Shown here: in pieces, positions 31,701 to 39,977 of the stretch | Numbering within the stretch: position 1 is the stretch's first letter | Layout: the number at the start of each line of letters is the position of its first letter | DNA from: Eubacteriales bacterium | GTDB lineage: Bacteria > Bacillota > Clostridia > Oscillospirales > UBA644 | Length of the DNA stretch: 64,000 nt | Direction of reading: 5' to 3' | Assembly: GCA_045637625.1 (NCBI GenBank) | Contig: JAZTZU010000064.1 | Span: 1,081-65,080, forward strand | Made by a program: the position numbers and the translations under genes | The notes under the pieces: model-generated | What the model saw: only the letters and a program-made list of their open reading frames with translations | What the model was told of the DNA's origin: nothing | Databases searched by the model: none

Positions 31701-32296
31701 TACTTTCAACGGAAGACAGCGGTTTTACCAATAACAGTAAAGTCCGTCTGTTCGGTATTCTTACAAAAGTAACTAAAAAGCTTACTAAAAACGAGACAAT
31801 GATGGCTATTTGTGTTCTTCAGGATCTCAGCGGTTCCATTGAAATTCTTGCTTTTTCAAAAGCTTACGATAAATTTGCCCATATGCTTGAAGAGGACAGG
31901 GTAGTTGTTATTGACGGAAAGCTCAGTCTTCGTGAGGAAAGCTTCGGTGATGAGGAAGGCGGAGAAGGCGGTAAGATCTCTGCTTCCGTAATCATAAACG
32001 AAGTCACTCCCATAGAATCTCCGGACAGCGAAGTTCCGACAGTTCAGGCTCAGCCTGCGGAAGATCCCCGAAATAAATGTCTCCTCCTTACGGTTCATGA
32101 CCGAGACGGTGCAAATCTTGATAAAATAATCGAATGTATCATGAGTAATCAGGGTTCAAGCGAGGTTTACTTCAATTTTGTAGATAAGCGCAAAACTGCA
32201 AGATTTTCAAAATGCGGAGTGGATATTTCTCCGTCCGTGCTTATGAGGCTCAGGAGTCTTATCGGAGAAGATTACGTACAGATCAGAACTAAATAG
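28760..32296 (+). CDS. dnaE: DNA polymerase III alpha subunit
   Basis: HLHVHTEYSLLDG PHP domain, GPGRGSGAGS, PDFDVD, KMDFLGL, YAFNKSHA. Confidence 0.97.
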   Translation: MGFVHLHVHTEYSLLDGACKIKKMLPRLKEMGQDAVAMTDHGNMYATIYFYKYCKAAGIKPIIGCEVYTSQRTRFDKVSRELDGEIGHLVLLCKNNVGYKNLIKIVAFSNTEGFYYKPRVDMDLLRENSEGLIALSACLAGDVPRLLVAGDYEGAKKKALEYQEIFGEGNYYLELQDHGIDEQKIVNEGVIRISRETGIPLVATNDAHYIQKKDAKAQKVLVCVQIQKTFDEDNGMGFTTNEFYLKSEEEMRSLFEYVPEAIDNTVKIAEQCNVVFPEIDDAKNRVYFLPVFKWTDGLSHYDYLRKITFEGFNKRYTKEQQTPELVERVEYELSIINKMGFVDYFLIVWDFINYAKEHGIPIGPGRGSGAGSIVAYCIRITNIEPIGYNLIFERFLNPERISMPDFDVDMCPVRRHEVFEYVQRKYGIDCVANIVTFGTMKAKQALKDVARVLGFPPSEANAITKLMPDKMTITDVIEKVPEIKNMYDTDMRLRELFDMAESVENMPRHASVHACGIVIGENPIYTYVPLAVNEGVTVTQFDMKIVEEVGLVKMDFLGLRNLTVIEDACKLIRKKIPDFSMDKVDICDPAVYDLLSNGDTDGIFQLESGGMKKTLTSLRPRSIEDVTAIISLYRPGPMDSIPQYIANKNHPESIKYKHPLLEPILKVTYGCMVYQEQVMQIVRELAGYSFGRADIVRKAMGKKQMDVMTREREFFINGKKRDDGTVEIPGAVANGVPPEVANEIFDEMIKFAEYAFNKSHAAAYSYVTYYTAYLKTHFTKEYMAALLTSVLGKTEKMVEYINASTAKGIKVLQPDVNESLDVFTVSGENIRFGLSAVKSVSSNVVADLIKEREENGPFKSFYDFCKRMLDGKNMDSRTVENLINCGAFDSFGTENRRQMIVAFPEIKRSLDTYFKEKSGGQLTLFGEVEPDEEFNYPKIEEFPKKQKLALEKEVTGLYLTDHPMKEYAHMAESLDSVNAAVLSTEDSGFTNNSKVRLFGILTKVTKKLTKNETMMAICVLQDLSGSIEILAFSKAYDKFAHMLEEDRVVVIDGKLSLREESFGDEEGGEGGKISASVIINEVTPIESPDSEVPTVQAQPAEDPRNKCLLLTVHDRDGANLDKIIECIMSNQGSSEVYFNFVDKRKTARFSKCGVDISPSVLMRLRSLIGEDYVQIRTK

Positions 32297-32317
32297 AAAA
32301 ATAAACAATAAAAAGGA

Positions 32318-34435
32318 ATGATAAATTTGGGACCATTTGCTAAAGGTTATTTTGAAAATGAAAATGATTCTACCGTGAAAAAAATTGCAAGAGGCCTTTT
32401 GCGTTTTGCGGAAGAACTTCCTATTGATATTGATCCGAATATCGGTCTTGCCCGTGTTCATCGCGGTGCAAATAACATTGTGGAGCCTCTTGATATGCGT
32501 CTTGACTGCGGTAACGGTGTTGTTGTCAACGGCGAAATAAACGGAGTTTATTCCACAGGTTATTATTTCGAAAAAACAAAAAATGAAAACGAAAAGAAAC
32601 TCTGCGAAAATAAGACCCTTTGGGGCGGAGGTTGGGGCGGTCATTCCAATCCCGACTACGGAACTCTTATCAGAATCGGTACTGACGGCTACCGCGAACT
32701 GATCGAAAAGTACCGCAAAGTAAACGATTCTGAAGATTTCTACGATGCAATGCTTATGACTCTTGACGCTCTGGATATTATTGCTGAAAGATTTAGAAAA
32801 CTTGCTCTTGAAGAAGCTGCAAAAGCTTCCCCCGAGGATTCAGTTAAATATAACCGTATCGCAGAAGCTCTCGCTGTTGTTCCCAAGAAACCAGCTTACG
32901 ACTTCTTCAGCGCAGTTCAGTGTTTTTATCTTGTTTTCACTTTTGACGGAAAGGATTCTCCGGGACTTTTCGATGTATATATGTCTGATTTCTATAAGAT
33001 AGGCGACCGTGAAGATAACAAAAATATCCTTCGCGGACTTTGGCTCGGTTTCCATCAGACACGTGCCTGGAATCTTTGTCTTTCAGGCAGCGATGAGAAT
33101 TGGAACGATCTTTCCTCAGATCTTACATACGATATCCTCGATATAATTCAGGAACATAAATATCATACTCCCAATGTGACAATGCGAGTTCACAGAAATA
33201 CCCCTGATTGGGTTTGGAAAAAAGCTGCGGAGGTAATCGGCTGTGGCTGCGGTATGCCAGCTCTTTATAATGACGAGGTCGTTTGTCCTGCGCTGGAAGC
33301 TCTTGGAATTCCTCCCTGCGACTCTCATCTTTATGCAATGAACGGATGTAATCAGATAGATATTCAGGGTAAATCCCACATGGGTCTTGAAGACGGTGAG
33401 ATCTGTCTTGCAAAATGTCTTGAATATGCTATTACAAACGGAGAATGTCTCTATTTCAACGAGAAAGTTTCAATCGAAACAGGCGATCCCTGCGAATGTA
33501 AGACCTTTGAAGAATTTTTTGAGCTTTACAAAAAACAGGTCGAAAAAGCAGTTGAAATTACAGTTTCCCTTTCAAACAGATCTCAGGAAAATCAGGCAAC
33601 ATATGCTCCAAATCCGCTCCGTTCGATTCTTATTCAGGGATGTATCGAAAAGGGTAAAAATTACAGATCAGGCGGACCTCTTTACAATCACGGTCAGATT
33701 TTGACCGAAGGTCTTGCCGATACAATAGATTCTCTTGCTGCAATCAAACATTTCGTTTTCGATACAAAAGAAGTCTCAATGGCCGAACTTGTTGACGCTA
33801 TAAAGAATGACTATGAAGGCAGAGACGATCTCTTTATTAAATTCCGTAAATATCCCGCTAAGTTCGGTAACGATGAACCGGAAACAAACAAACTTGCAAA
33901 AGATGTTTTGGATCATTACTTTAAATATCTGTCAAACTTCCGTACATTCAGAGACCCTGTAAACGGTATTTTCGGCGGAGGACTCAGTACTTTCGTCAGA
34001 ACAGGGGAGTATGGCAGAAAATTAGGCGCAACCGCCAATGGCAGACATAAATTCGATATTTATCTTGCAGACAGTATCGGCGCTGTTCCCGGTTGTGATA
34101 AGAACGGACCCACATCGGTAATTAAGTCCTGCCTGAGCTACGACCAGACTCTTGCAAAAAGCGGTTTTGTTCTCCAGCTCAAATTTGACAGCGCTTTGTT
34201 CAATACCGAAAAAGGCTACGAATCTTTTATCTCTCTTGCAAAAACCTATTTTGCAAACGGCGGTCAGCAGTTGTCTATCAACGTTACCAATTCAGCAGAT
34301 CTCCTTGATGCAAAGAAACATCCCGAAAACTACAGAAGTCTCATGGTTCGTGTCGGTGGTTTCAGCGCTCCGTTTGTTGACCTCGATCCCGATCTCCAGG
34401 ATAATATTATCGCAAGAACTATGCATAATGTGTAA
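32318..34435 (+). CDS. Glycyl radical enzyme (PFL-like family), function unknown
   Basis: KFGND, NGPTS, C-terminal LMVRVGGFSAPFVDL...IIART glycyl loop; Cys loop NGCNQ. Confidence 0.85.
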   Translation: MINLGPFAKGYFENENDSTVKKIARGLLRFAEELPIDIDPNIGLARVHRGANNIVEPLDMRLDCGNGVVVNGEINGVYSTGYYFEKTKNENEKKLCENKTLWGGGWGGHSNPDYGTLIRIGTDGYRELIEKYRKVNDSEDFYDAMLMTLDALDIIAERFRKLALEEAAKASPEDSVKYNRIAEALAVVPKKPAYDFFSAVQCFYLVFTFDGKDSPGLFDVYMSDFYKIGDREDNKNILRGLWLGFHQTRAWNLCLSGSDENWNDLSSDLTYDILDIIQEHKYHTPNVTMRVHRNTPDWVWKKAAEVIGCGCGMPALYNDEVVCPALEALGIPPCDSHLYAMNGCNQIDIQGKSHMGLEDGEICLAKCLEYAITNGECLYFNEKVSIETGDPCECKTFEEFFELYKKQVEKAVEITVSLSNRSQENQATYAPNPLRSILIQGCIEKGKNYRSGGPLYNHGQILTEGLADTIDSLAAIKHFVFDTKEVSMAELVDAIKNDYEGRDDLFIKFRKYPAKFGNDEPETNKLAKDVLDHYFKYLSNFRTFRDPVNGIFGGGLSTFVRTGEYGRKLGATANGRHKFDIYLADSIGAVPGCDKNGPTSVIKSCLSYDQTLAKSGFVLQLKFDSALFNTEKGYESFISLAKTYFANGGQQLSINVTNSADLLDAKKHPENYRSLMVRVGGFSAPFVDLDPDLQDNIIARTMHNV

Positions 34436-34454
34436 ATGAAAGGAAACGTAATAT

Positions 34455-36440
34455 ATGAAACTCCGAGCACCTTCAGTTCCTCTTATTACAGTTGACCCCT
34501 ATTTTTCCGTGTGGTCTCCTGCTGATAAACTTACAGATGAAACGGTTCATCATTGGACAAATAATACCATTTCCATGCTTGGCATCGTTGATATTGACGG
34601 CAAAACGTATAGATTTATGGGCGTAAACGCTCTTGAACCGATTCCTCAGACAGATCTTCAGATCGATGCTCTTTCTACCGAGTATACTTTTGAAACTGAA
34701 ACGGTTCGTATCAAGGCCTCTTTCCTTGCTCCCATGCTTCCCGACGATCCCGAACTTATCAGCCGTCCTGTAAACTATCTCAAGCTCACATCGGAATCTA
34801 AAGACGGAAAAGATCATTCTGTAAAGTTCACGCTTTCAGTTTCTGAAGAGATCTGCCTTGACGATCCCGGTCAGGCCCCCGTTGTCAGAGAAAATATCGC
34901 TCTTGACGGTATGAAATGTATCCGCATGGGAAATTCCGTTCAGAATATCCTCAATAAATCAGGTGACAATGTCCTCATTGACTGGGGTTATTTCTATCTT
35001 GCAGTTGCTTCCGAAGATGCAGAACTTTTCCCCGAAGAGGTTACATATATAAATCCTTCTAAACCTCGCTTTACAGTTCCCGAAAATCCGCATAATACCG
35101 ATGCCAAAGAAAGAAAACTTCCCTCTGTTACCGCAAAATTTGATACCGAAGCACTTGTACTCTTTGCGTACGATGATATTTACAGCCTTATTTATTTTGA
35201 AAAACAGATCAAAGCATGGTGGAACAGAAACGGTAAAACCATCGAAGAGGCAATTACCGAAGCCGCAAACGATTACGAAACTCTCGTACCTCTTTGCAAA
35301 GGCTTTTCCGAGAAACTTACTGTTGACGCAACCAAAGCAGGCGGCGAAAAATATGCGGAACTGCTTGCTCTTGCTTACAGACAGGTTTTTGCAGCCCACA
35401 AAATTGCCTGCGATGACAACGGCGATATGCTTTTCGTTTCAAAGGAATGTTATTCCAACGGCTGCGCTGCCACAGTTGACGTAAGTTACCCCTCGATTCC
35501 CATGTTCCTGCATTATAATCCCGAATTCGTAAAGGGTATGATGCGTCCGATTCTCCGTTTTGCAAAAAGCGAAAAATGGCCCTACGACTTTGCACCTCAC
35601 GATATGGGACAATTCCCGATTCTGAATTATCAGGTTTACGGTTACGACCATGAAAAGGGCGAATACAGAGATCATGAGCAGATGCCCGTTGAAGAGTGCG
35701 GAAACCTCCTCATAATGGCGGCTTCAACCGCTGTAGCTCAGGGCAACACTTCTTTTGTGGAAGACTACATGGATATATGGGAGCAGTACGCAAAATACCT
35801 CATGGAATACGGTACAGACCCTGAAAATCAGCTTTGCACCGATGACTTCGCAGGTCATCTGGCTCATAACTGTAACCTTTCCCTCAAAGCTATCATGGGG
35901 CTTGCGTCTCTCGGAATCATCTACCGAATGCTCGGAAACTCCGAAAAAGAAGCTTTTTATATGGAAAAATCCAAAGAAATGGCTGAAATTTGGGTGAAGA
36001 CTGCCGCAAACGGAGATGGAAGCTTCAAGCTTGCTTTTGACCGTCCCGGAACATTCTCCATGAAATATAATGCCGTTTGGGATAAACTTTACGGTACTGA
36101 GATTTTCGACAAGTCCATCTGGAGAGGCGAAATTGCTTCAAATATGAGCAGGATAAATCCCTACGGAATGCCTCTTGACAACAGAGCTATGTACACCAAA
36201 TCCGACTGGCTCGTATGGACAGCGACCATGGCTGAAACGGACGGAGAGTTCCGTGCTTTCATCGAACCTCTCTGGATGATGTATAATTACACCAGAAACC
36301 GCGTACCCATGACCGACTGGTACGACACCGTTTCCGCAATCAGACACTACTTCCAGAACAGAACCGTACAGGGCGGACTTTTCATCAAACTCATGGAAAA
36401 AGATTTCCACGAAAAGAGCCGCATTATCTTAGGTAAATAA
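34455..36440 (+). CDS. DUF4965/DUF5127 glutaminase-like protein
   Basis: LRAPSVPLITVDPYFSVWS, SKECYSNGC..TVDV, QMPVEECGN, QLCTDDFAG. Confidence 0.82.
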   Translation: MKLRAPSVPLITVDPYFSVWSPADKLTDETVHHWTNNTISMLGIVDIDGKTYRFMGVNALEPIPQTDLQIDALSTEYTFETETVRIKASFLAPMLPDDPELISRPVNYLKLTSESKDGKDHSVKFTLSVSEEICLDDPGQAPVVRENIALDGMKCIRMGNSVQNILNKSGDNVLIDWGYFYLAVASEDAELFPEEVTYINPSKPRFTVPENPHNTDAKERKLPSVTAKFDTEALVLFAYDDIYSLIYFEKQIKAWWNRNGKTIEEAITEAANDYETLVPLCKGFSEKLTVDATKAGGEKYAELLALAYRQVFAAHKIACDDNGDMLFVSKECYSNGCAATVDVSYPSIPMFLHYNPEFVKGMMRPILRFAKSEKWPYDFAPHDMGQFPILNYQVYGYDHEKGEYRDHEQMPVEECGNLLIMAASTAVAQGNTSFVEDYMDIWEQYAKYLMEYGTDPENQLCTDDFAGHLAHNCNLSLKAIMGLASLGIIYRMLGNSEKEAFYMEKSKEMAEIWVKTAANGDGSFKLAFDRPGTFSMKYNAVWDKLYGTEIFDKSIWRGEIASNMSRINPYGMPLDNRAMYTKSDWLVWTATMAETDGEFRAFIEPLWMMYNYTRNRVPMTDWYDTVSAIRHYFQNRTVQGGLFIKLMEKDFHEKSRIILGK

Positions 36441-36450
36441 AACACAGAAC

Positions 36451-36496
36451 AAAAAAACCGATATCGGAGTTTTCCGGTATCGGTTTCGATTTTTTG
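36451..36496. terminator. Bidirectional terminator
   Basis: AAAAAAACCGATATCGGAGTTTTCCGGTATCGGTTTCGATTTTTT between convergent genes. Confidence 0.7.
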
Positions 36497-36499
36497 GGG

Positions 36500-38788
36500 T
36501 TATTCAATTCTGCCGATCTGATCGAAAGGAATCGGTTCAAAGTCGGGGCAAAGTTCTTTTGCTTTTGAATTTCCAATCATTGTATAGTCTCCGTTGTGCC
36601 AACCTGGGAAGTCGGAACTGTCACGCAAAATGAACGGATTATTTTCAACTTCGGAGAATCTGACAACATCGTCATAATCAAATTTATGATAAACCTTTCC
36701 AAGGTCTATATCCTGATAATTTGTTGAGAAATTATAAGTAATATTATTTTTAACAATACTACCTGCAGGATTTGCCATAAAATTGGGATCCTCAGGATCT
36801 ATGACAGCATTTTCCGTATAAGGAATCAACTTTGCAAGAATCGGGAATTTTTCAGTCCAATATTCGTTCTGTTGGATTCGAATCAAATCATTAGCCATGG
36901 TCTTAATATGATCAAGGCTTCCGTTCAGATAAGTATGTCTCATATGGCTTGAATAATGAATACTTCCACCGCAGTTGATTATGATATTGTTTTCGATAAT
37001 ATTATCACGACCGCCGTTAGCCAAAAAAGCGCGTCCTGCCGCATTTACAATTACGTTTCCGTAAGCTGTCTGACCTGAAACGCTTCCGTCCCAGTAAATC
37101 CCAAACGCCATTTTATCTCCTGTACCTATATCGTGAATATAGTTATATCTGAAAACAGTACCGTAGTCATCCATTGATTGATAATGATAAAAAGCACCTG
37201 CGTCGGAAGTTTCCATACATACGTCGTAAACTTCGTTGTATTCAAACATATGGAGAGGTCCGCTGTAAGCAACTGCAAGGTGTGGAGCATTTGCCATTTC
37301 GTTGTGAGAAACCGTAACACCACAGCCTCCGACGTGGATAGCACCGGAATATGTTCTGTCAACAACACCAAAATCGTGGATATAGTTGTTATAAACAAGG
37401 TTTCCCGATGGGGTAAGTGTTGAAGCATCTCCACCGCTGATATTAATGCCATAACCTCCTACATCTGAGATTTCACAGTTCTGAATTGTAATATTGTTTC
37501 CGCTTGCAGCAATACCTCCACTGCGGACATTATATATCTTGCAGTTATCAATGATAAAGTCGTGACCGTTCATGGCGAAACCGCTGCTTCTTGTAGCACA
37601 AGCACCGAAGCCTTTCAACGTAATGTATGAAATATTCGTAGCGTTCAGAAGATTTTCCAAAGTACATGACATCATGATTTCCGAGGATTCAAAGTTTTCG
37701 GGCTTGTAAATATACATCATACCCGTATCTCTTTCAATGTAGTATTCGTTTTCGGAATCAAGCTCAGCAAGAACATTATAGAAATAGAAAGGAGCTCCTT
37801 TTGAAACGCCGTACTGCTGAGCCTGAGCAAGTTCGATTGATTTAGCATCAAGATCAAAGACCTTTACGGGAATGTTTGCTTCAGCCCATGCCCATTTAAA
37901 GTAGCCGAAAAGCCAGAGATCATCCAAAGACGGCCACAACTTCGCCCTATCAACAACTTCATCAAATACAGTAAAAATACCGCCCTGCGCATTCATTATG
38001 TTTCTGTCTTCGGGCGCATATCTACTGTCTGTTGAGCTGTGAATATTATCGTATTCATCGTTTGTAAAATACTCAGCGGCAACACCGTTATCAATGACCG
38101 AATAAGTTTTTATGTAATCATCATTTGGCCATCTTGCAATATGAAGTCTTTTGCCGTTCATAAACACTTCGGATTCTTTAGGTCCTGTTCCGTTTTCGTA
38201 GTTACTGCCCCACGCAGCGCCGCTTGAATAGAGCAGACCCCAGTCGTCGGAAGTCAGACCGTATTTTTTCAGGTCAACCTTAACAACTCTGTCTTTTGCG
38301 TGTTCTTCAACAAGGATATCTCTTTCCTCTGCTGACAGTGGTTCAAAATCTTCAGCAGAAAGGATAATACCGCCTGTGATGATTGCCCCGAATTCGTTTT
38401 CGGAAACATATGTAATTGGCGCTTCTTCCGTACCCGAATCCTCTTCGGTAAATGTGATCGGTTCTGTAACTGTGTATTTGCCGTCTTTAACCAGAACAGT
38501 TATTCCGCCAACGGGAAGCCCCTCACCGCTTTTGATTTCGCGGATCTTTGCCTGCGCTTCGGGAATGGTTTTGAACGGTGCGGATTCAGAGCCGTCGCCG
38601 CCGTCTTTTGCGTTTACGTCAACATAGATCGTCAATGCTGATCCCTCAACAACGGAAGAATACTCTTTCACTTTCGGTTCATCATTGAATGGTAAAAGGT
38701 TTTCCAAGTTTGGCTGTGAGCATGATGTCAGCATTGTTCCTGCCATAACTGCCGCCAAAGATGCCGTAATGATTTTTTTGATAGTCAT
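36500..38788 (-). CDS. Lipoprotein with right-handed parallel beta-helix (GH141/PL-like carbohydrate-active enzyme)
   Basis: Lipobox MLTSC, GDGS..APFKTI..A, ARWPN, repeats NNYIHD/YNEVYD, SDAGAFY, GIYWD. Confidence 0.8.
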   Translation of the reverse strand: MTIKKIITASLAAVMAGTMLTSCSQPNLENLLPFNDEPKVKEYSSVVEGSALTIYVDVNAKDGGDGSESAPFKTIPEAQAKIREIKSGEGLPVGGITVLVKDGKYTVTEPITFTEEDSGTEEAPITYVSENEFGAIITGGIILSAEDFEPLSAEERDILVEEHAKDRVVKVDLKKYGLTSDDWGLLYSSGAAWGSNYENGTGPKESEVFMNGKRLHIARWPNDDYIKTYSVIDNGVAAEYFTNDEYDNIHSSTDSRYAPEDRNIMNAQGGIFTVFDEVVDRAKLWPSLDDLWLFGYFKWAWAEANIPVKVFDLDAKSIELAQAQQYGVSKGAPFYFYNVLAELDSENEYYIERDTGMMYIYKPENFESSEIMMSCTLENLLNATNISYITLKGFGACATRSSGFAMNGHDFIIDNCKIYNVRSGGIAASGNNITIQNCEISDVGGYGINISGGDASTLTPSGNLVYNNYIHDFGVVDRTYSGAIHVGGCGVTVSHNEMANAPHLAVAYSGPLHMFEYNEVYDVCMETSDAGAFYHYQSMDDYGTVFRYNYIHDIGTGDKMAFGIYWDGSVSGQTAYGNVIVNAAGRAFLANGGRDNIIENNIIINCGGSIHYSSHMRHTYLNGSLDHIKTMANDLIRIQQNEYWTEKFPILAKLIPYTENAVIDPEDPNFMANPAGSIVKNNITYNFSTNYQDIDLGKVYHKFDYDDVVRFSEVENNPFILRDSSDFPGWHNGDYTMIGNSKAKELCPDFEPIPFDQIGRIE

Positions 38789-39049
38789 ATTTTTCTCTCC
38801 TTTTGTAGTATAAACCTTTCCATATATATATTATAGCACAAAAAAAATCGGCTTGTCAATATGGTTTTGATTCTTTTTGATCAGCGCTTGTCATGAGAAC
38901 CGACCTTTTTGCACCTATATATGGAACTTTGAGATATAGTATATCATAATGTATAATATGTGTCAATCCCCCCCCTACGTAGAAAATGTCAAAATTTTGT
39001 AAGAATGTTTGTTTAATCTTAAATACAAAAAATACCTGCAAATTAAAAT

Positions 39050-39078
39050 GAATATCTGCGTTTCAAATTCACATAATA
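39050..39078 (+). promoter_or_regulatory. Putative sigma-G (forespore) promoter
   Basis: GAATA-N17-CATAATA upstream of the SASP gene. Confidence 0.45.
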
Positions 39079-39255
39079 CTTGTGCGGTAGAAAATGAGCC
39101 GCACAAAAGAAACAGACCGATACGGTATTTTGCCGAATCGATCTCGGCAAAGAACCGTGTTGACAAAGGTACTTGGCCCTTTTGAATTGATATAAATTGA
39201 GTTTGTCCCTTGCGGACATCTCCGAAAATTGATGATCGAAAGGAGTGTAAAACAC

Positions 39256-39450
39256 ATGGCTTCAAAAAAGACACTTGTTCCCCAGGCTAAAGAAGCTCTC
39301 AATAAATTTAAAATGGAAGCAGCTTCCGAAGTTGGCGTAAACCTCAAAAACGGCTATAACGGCGACCTCACATCTAAACAGGCAGGTTCTGTCGGCGGCC
39401 AGATGGTCAAGAAAATGATCCAGGCTTACGAAGACGGCATGAAGAACTGA
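39256..39450 (+). CDS. Alpha/beta-type small acid-soluble spore protein
   Basis: LVPQAKEALNKFKMEAASEVGV, GDLTSKQAGSVGGQMVKKMI; AAGGAG RBS. Confidence 0.95.
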   Translation: MASKKTLVPQAKEALNKFKMEAASEVGVNLKNGYNGDLTSKQAGSVGGQMVKKMIQAYEDGMKN

Positions 39451-39479
39451 TAAAAGTCAGACCGTTTGTATATGAAAAG

Positions 39480-39508
39480 AGAGGGCAGCATCTTTGTGCT
39501 GCCCTCTC
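39480..39508. terminator. Hairpin between convergent genes
   Basis: AGAGGGCAGCA-TCTTTG-TGCTGCCCTCT. Confidence 0.65.
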
Positions 39509-39544
39509 CTCAATAAAGGAAAAAATATGAAAAAGTAGGAATTC

Positions 39545-39694
39545 TCAACGGTATACCGAATGTGAATGGCACACGGTTACGTTTGGTTCGATGTATTTCT
39601 GCTGCGGTTTTCTGAGATAGTTGTCATAAACTCCCGCAACTGTAGCCATTGCAAAAAGAACAAGAATTACTATGAGTTTTTTTGAAACTGTCAT
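39545..39694 (-). CDS. Small (49 aa) secreted or membrane-anchored protein
   Basis: AAAGGTGG RBS; MTVSKKLIVILVLFAMATVAG signal/TM-like N-terminus. Confidence 0.55.
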   Translation of the reverse strand: MTVSKKLIVILVLFAMATVAGVYDNYLRKPQQKYIEPNVTVCHSHSVYR

Positions 39695-39977
39695 TGTGAC
39701 CGTCCACCTTTCGTTTTTATTGGGCAAAAAGTTTTTCCTCATTGCCTTACATAACGTTAGACGACGTAACCGACAAAATGTTCCATTGAATTTTGTGAAA
39801 CTTCTGTGAACTTGTTTTTTCGGAAATAATATGATCCTGCAAGTCATTATACTGTATAGAGATATTGAATCAAGACTTATTTTTTCCCGAAAGTATCATA
39901 TGTTTTGAACATTTTTTGCCGCAAAGATATTGTATAATATAATTGAAACCAAACAAATCTGAAAAAGGAGCTTTGCC

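Noticed and set aside
28760-32296. Intein or insertion in dnaE
   Set aside because: Length and motif spacing look normal, and no intein motifs were seen
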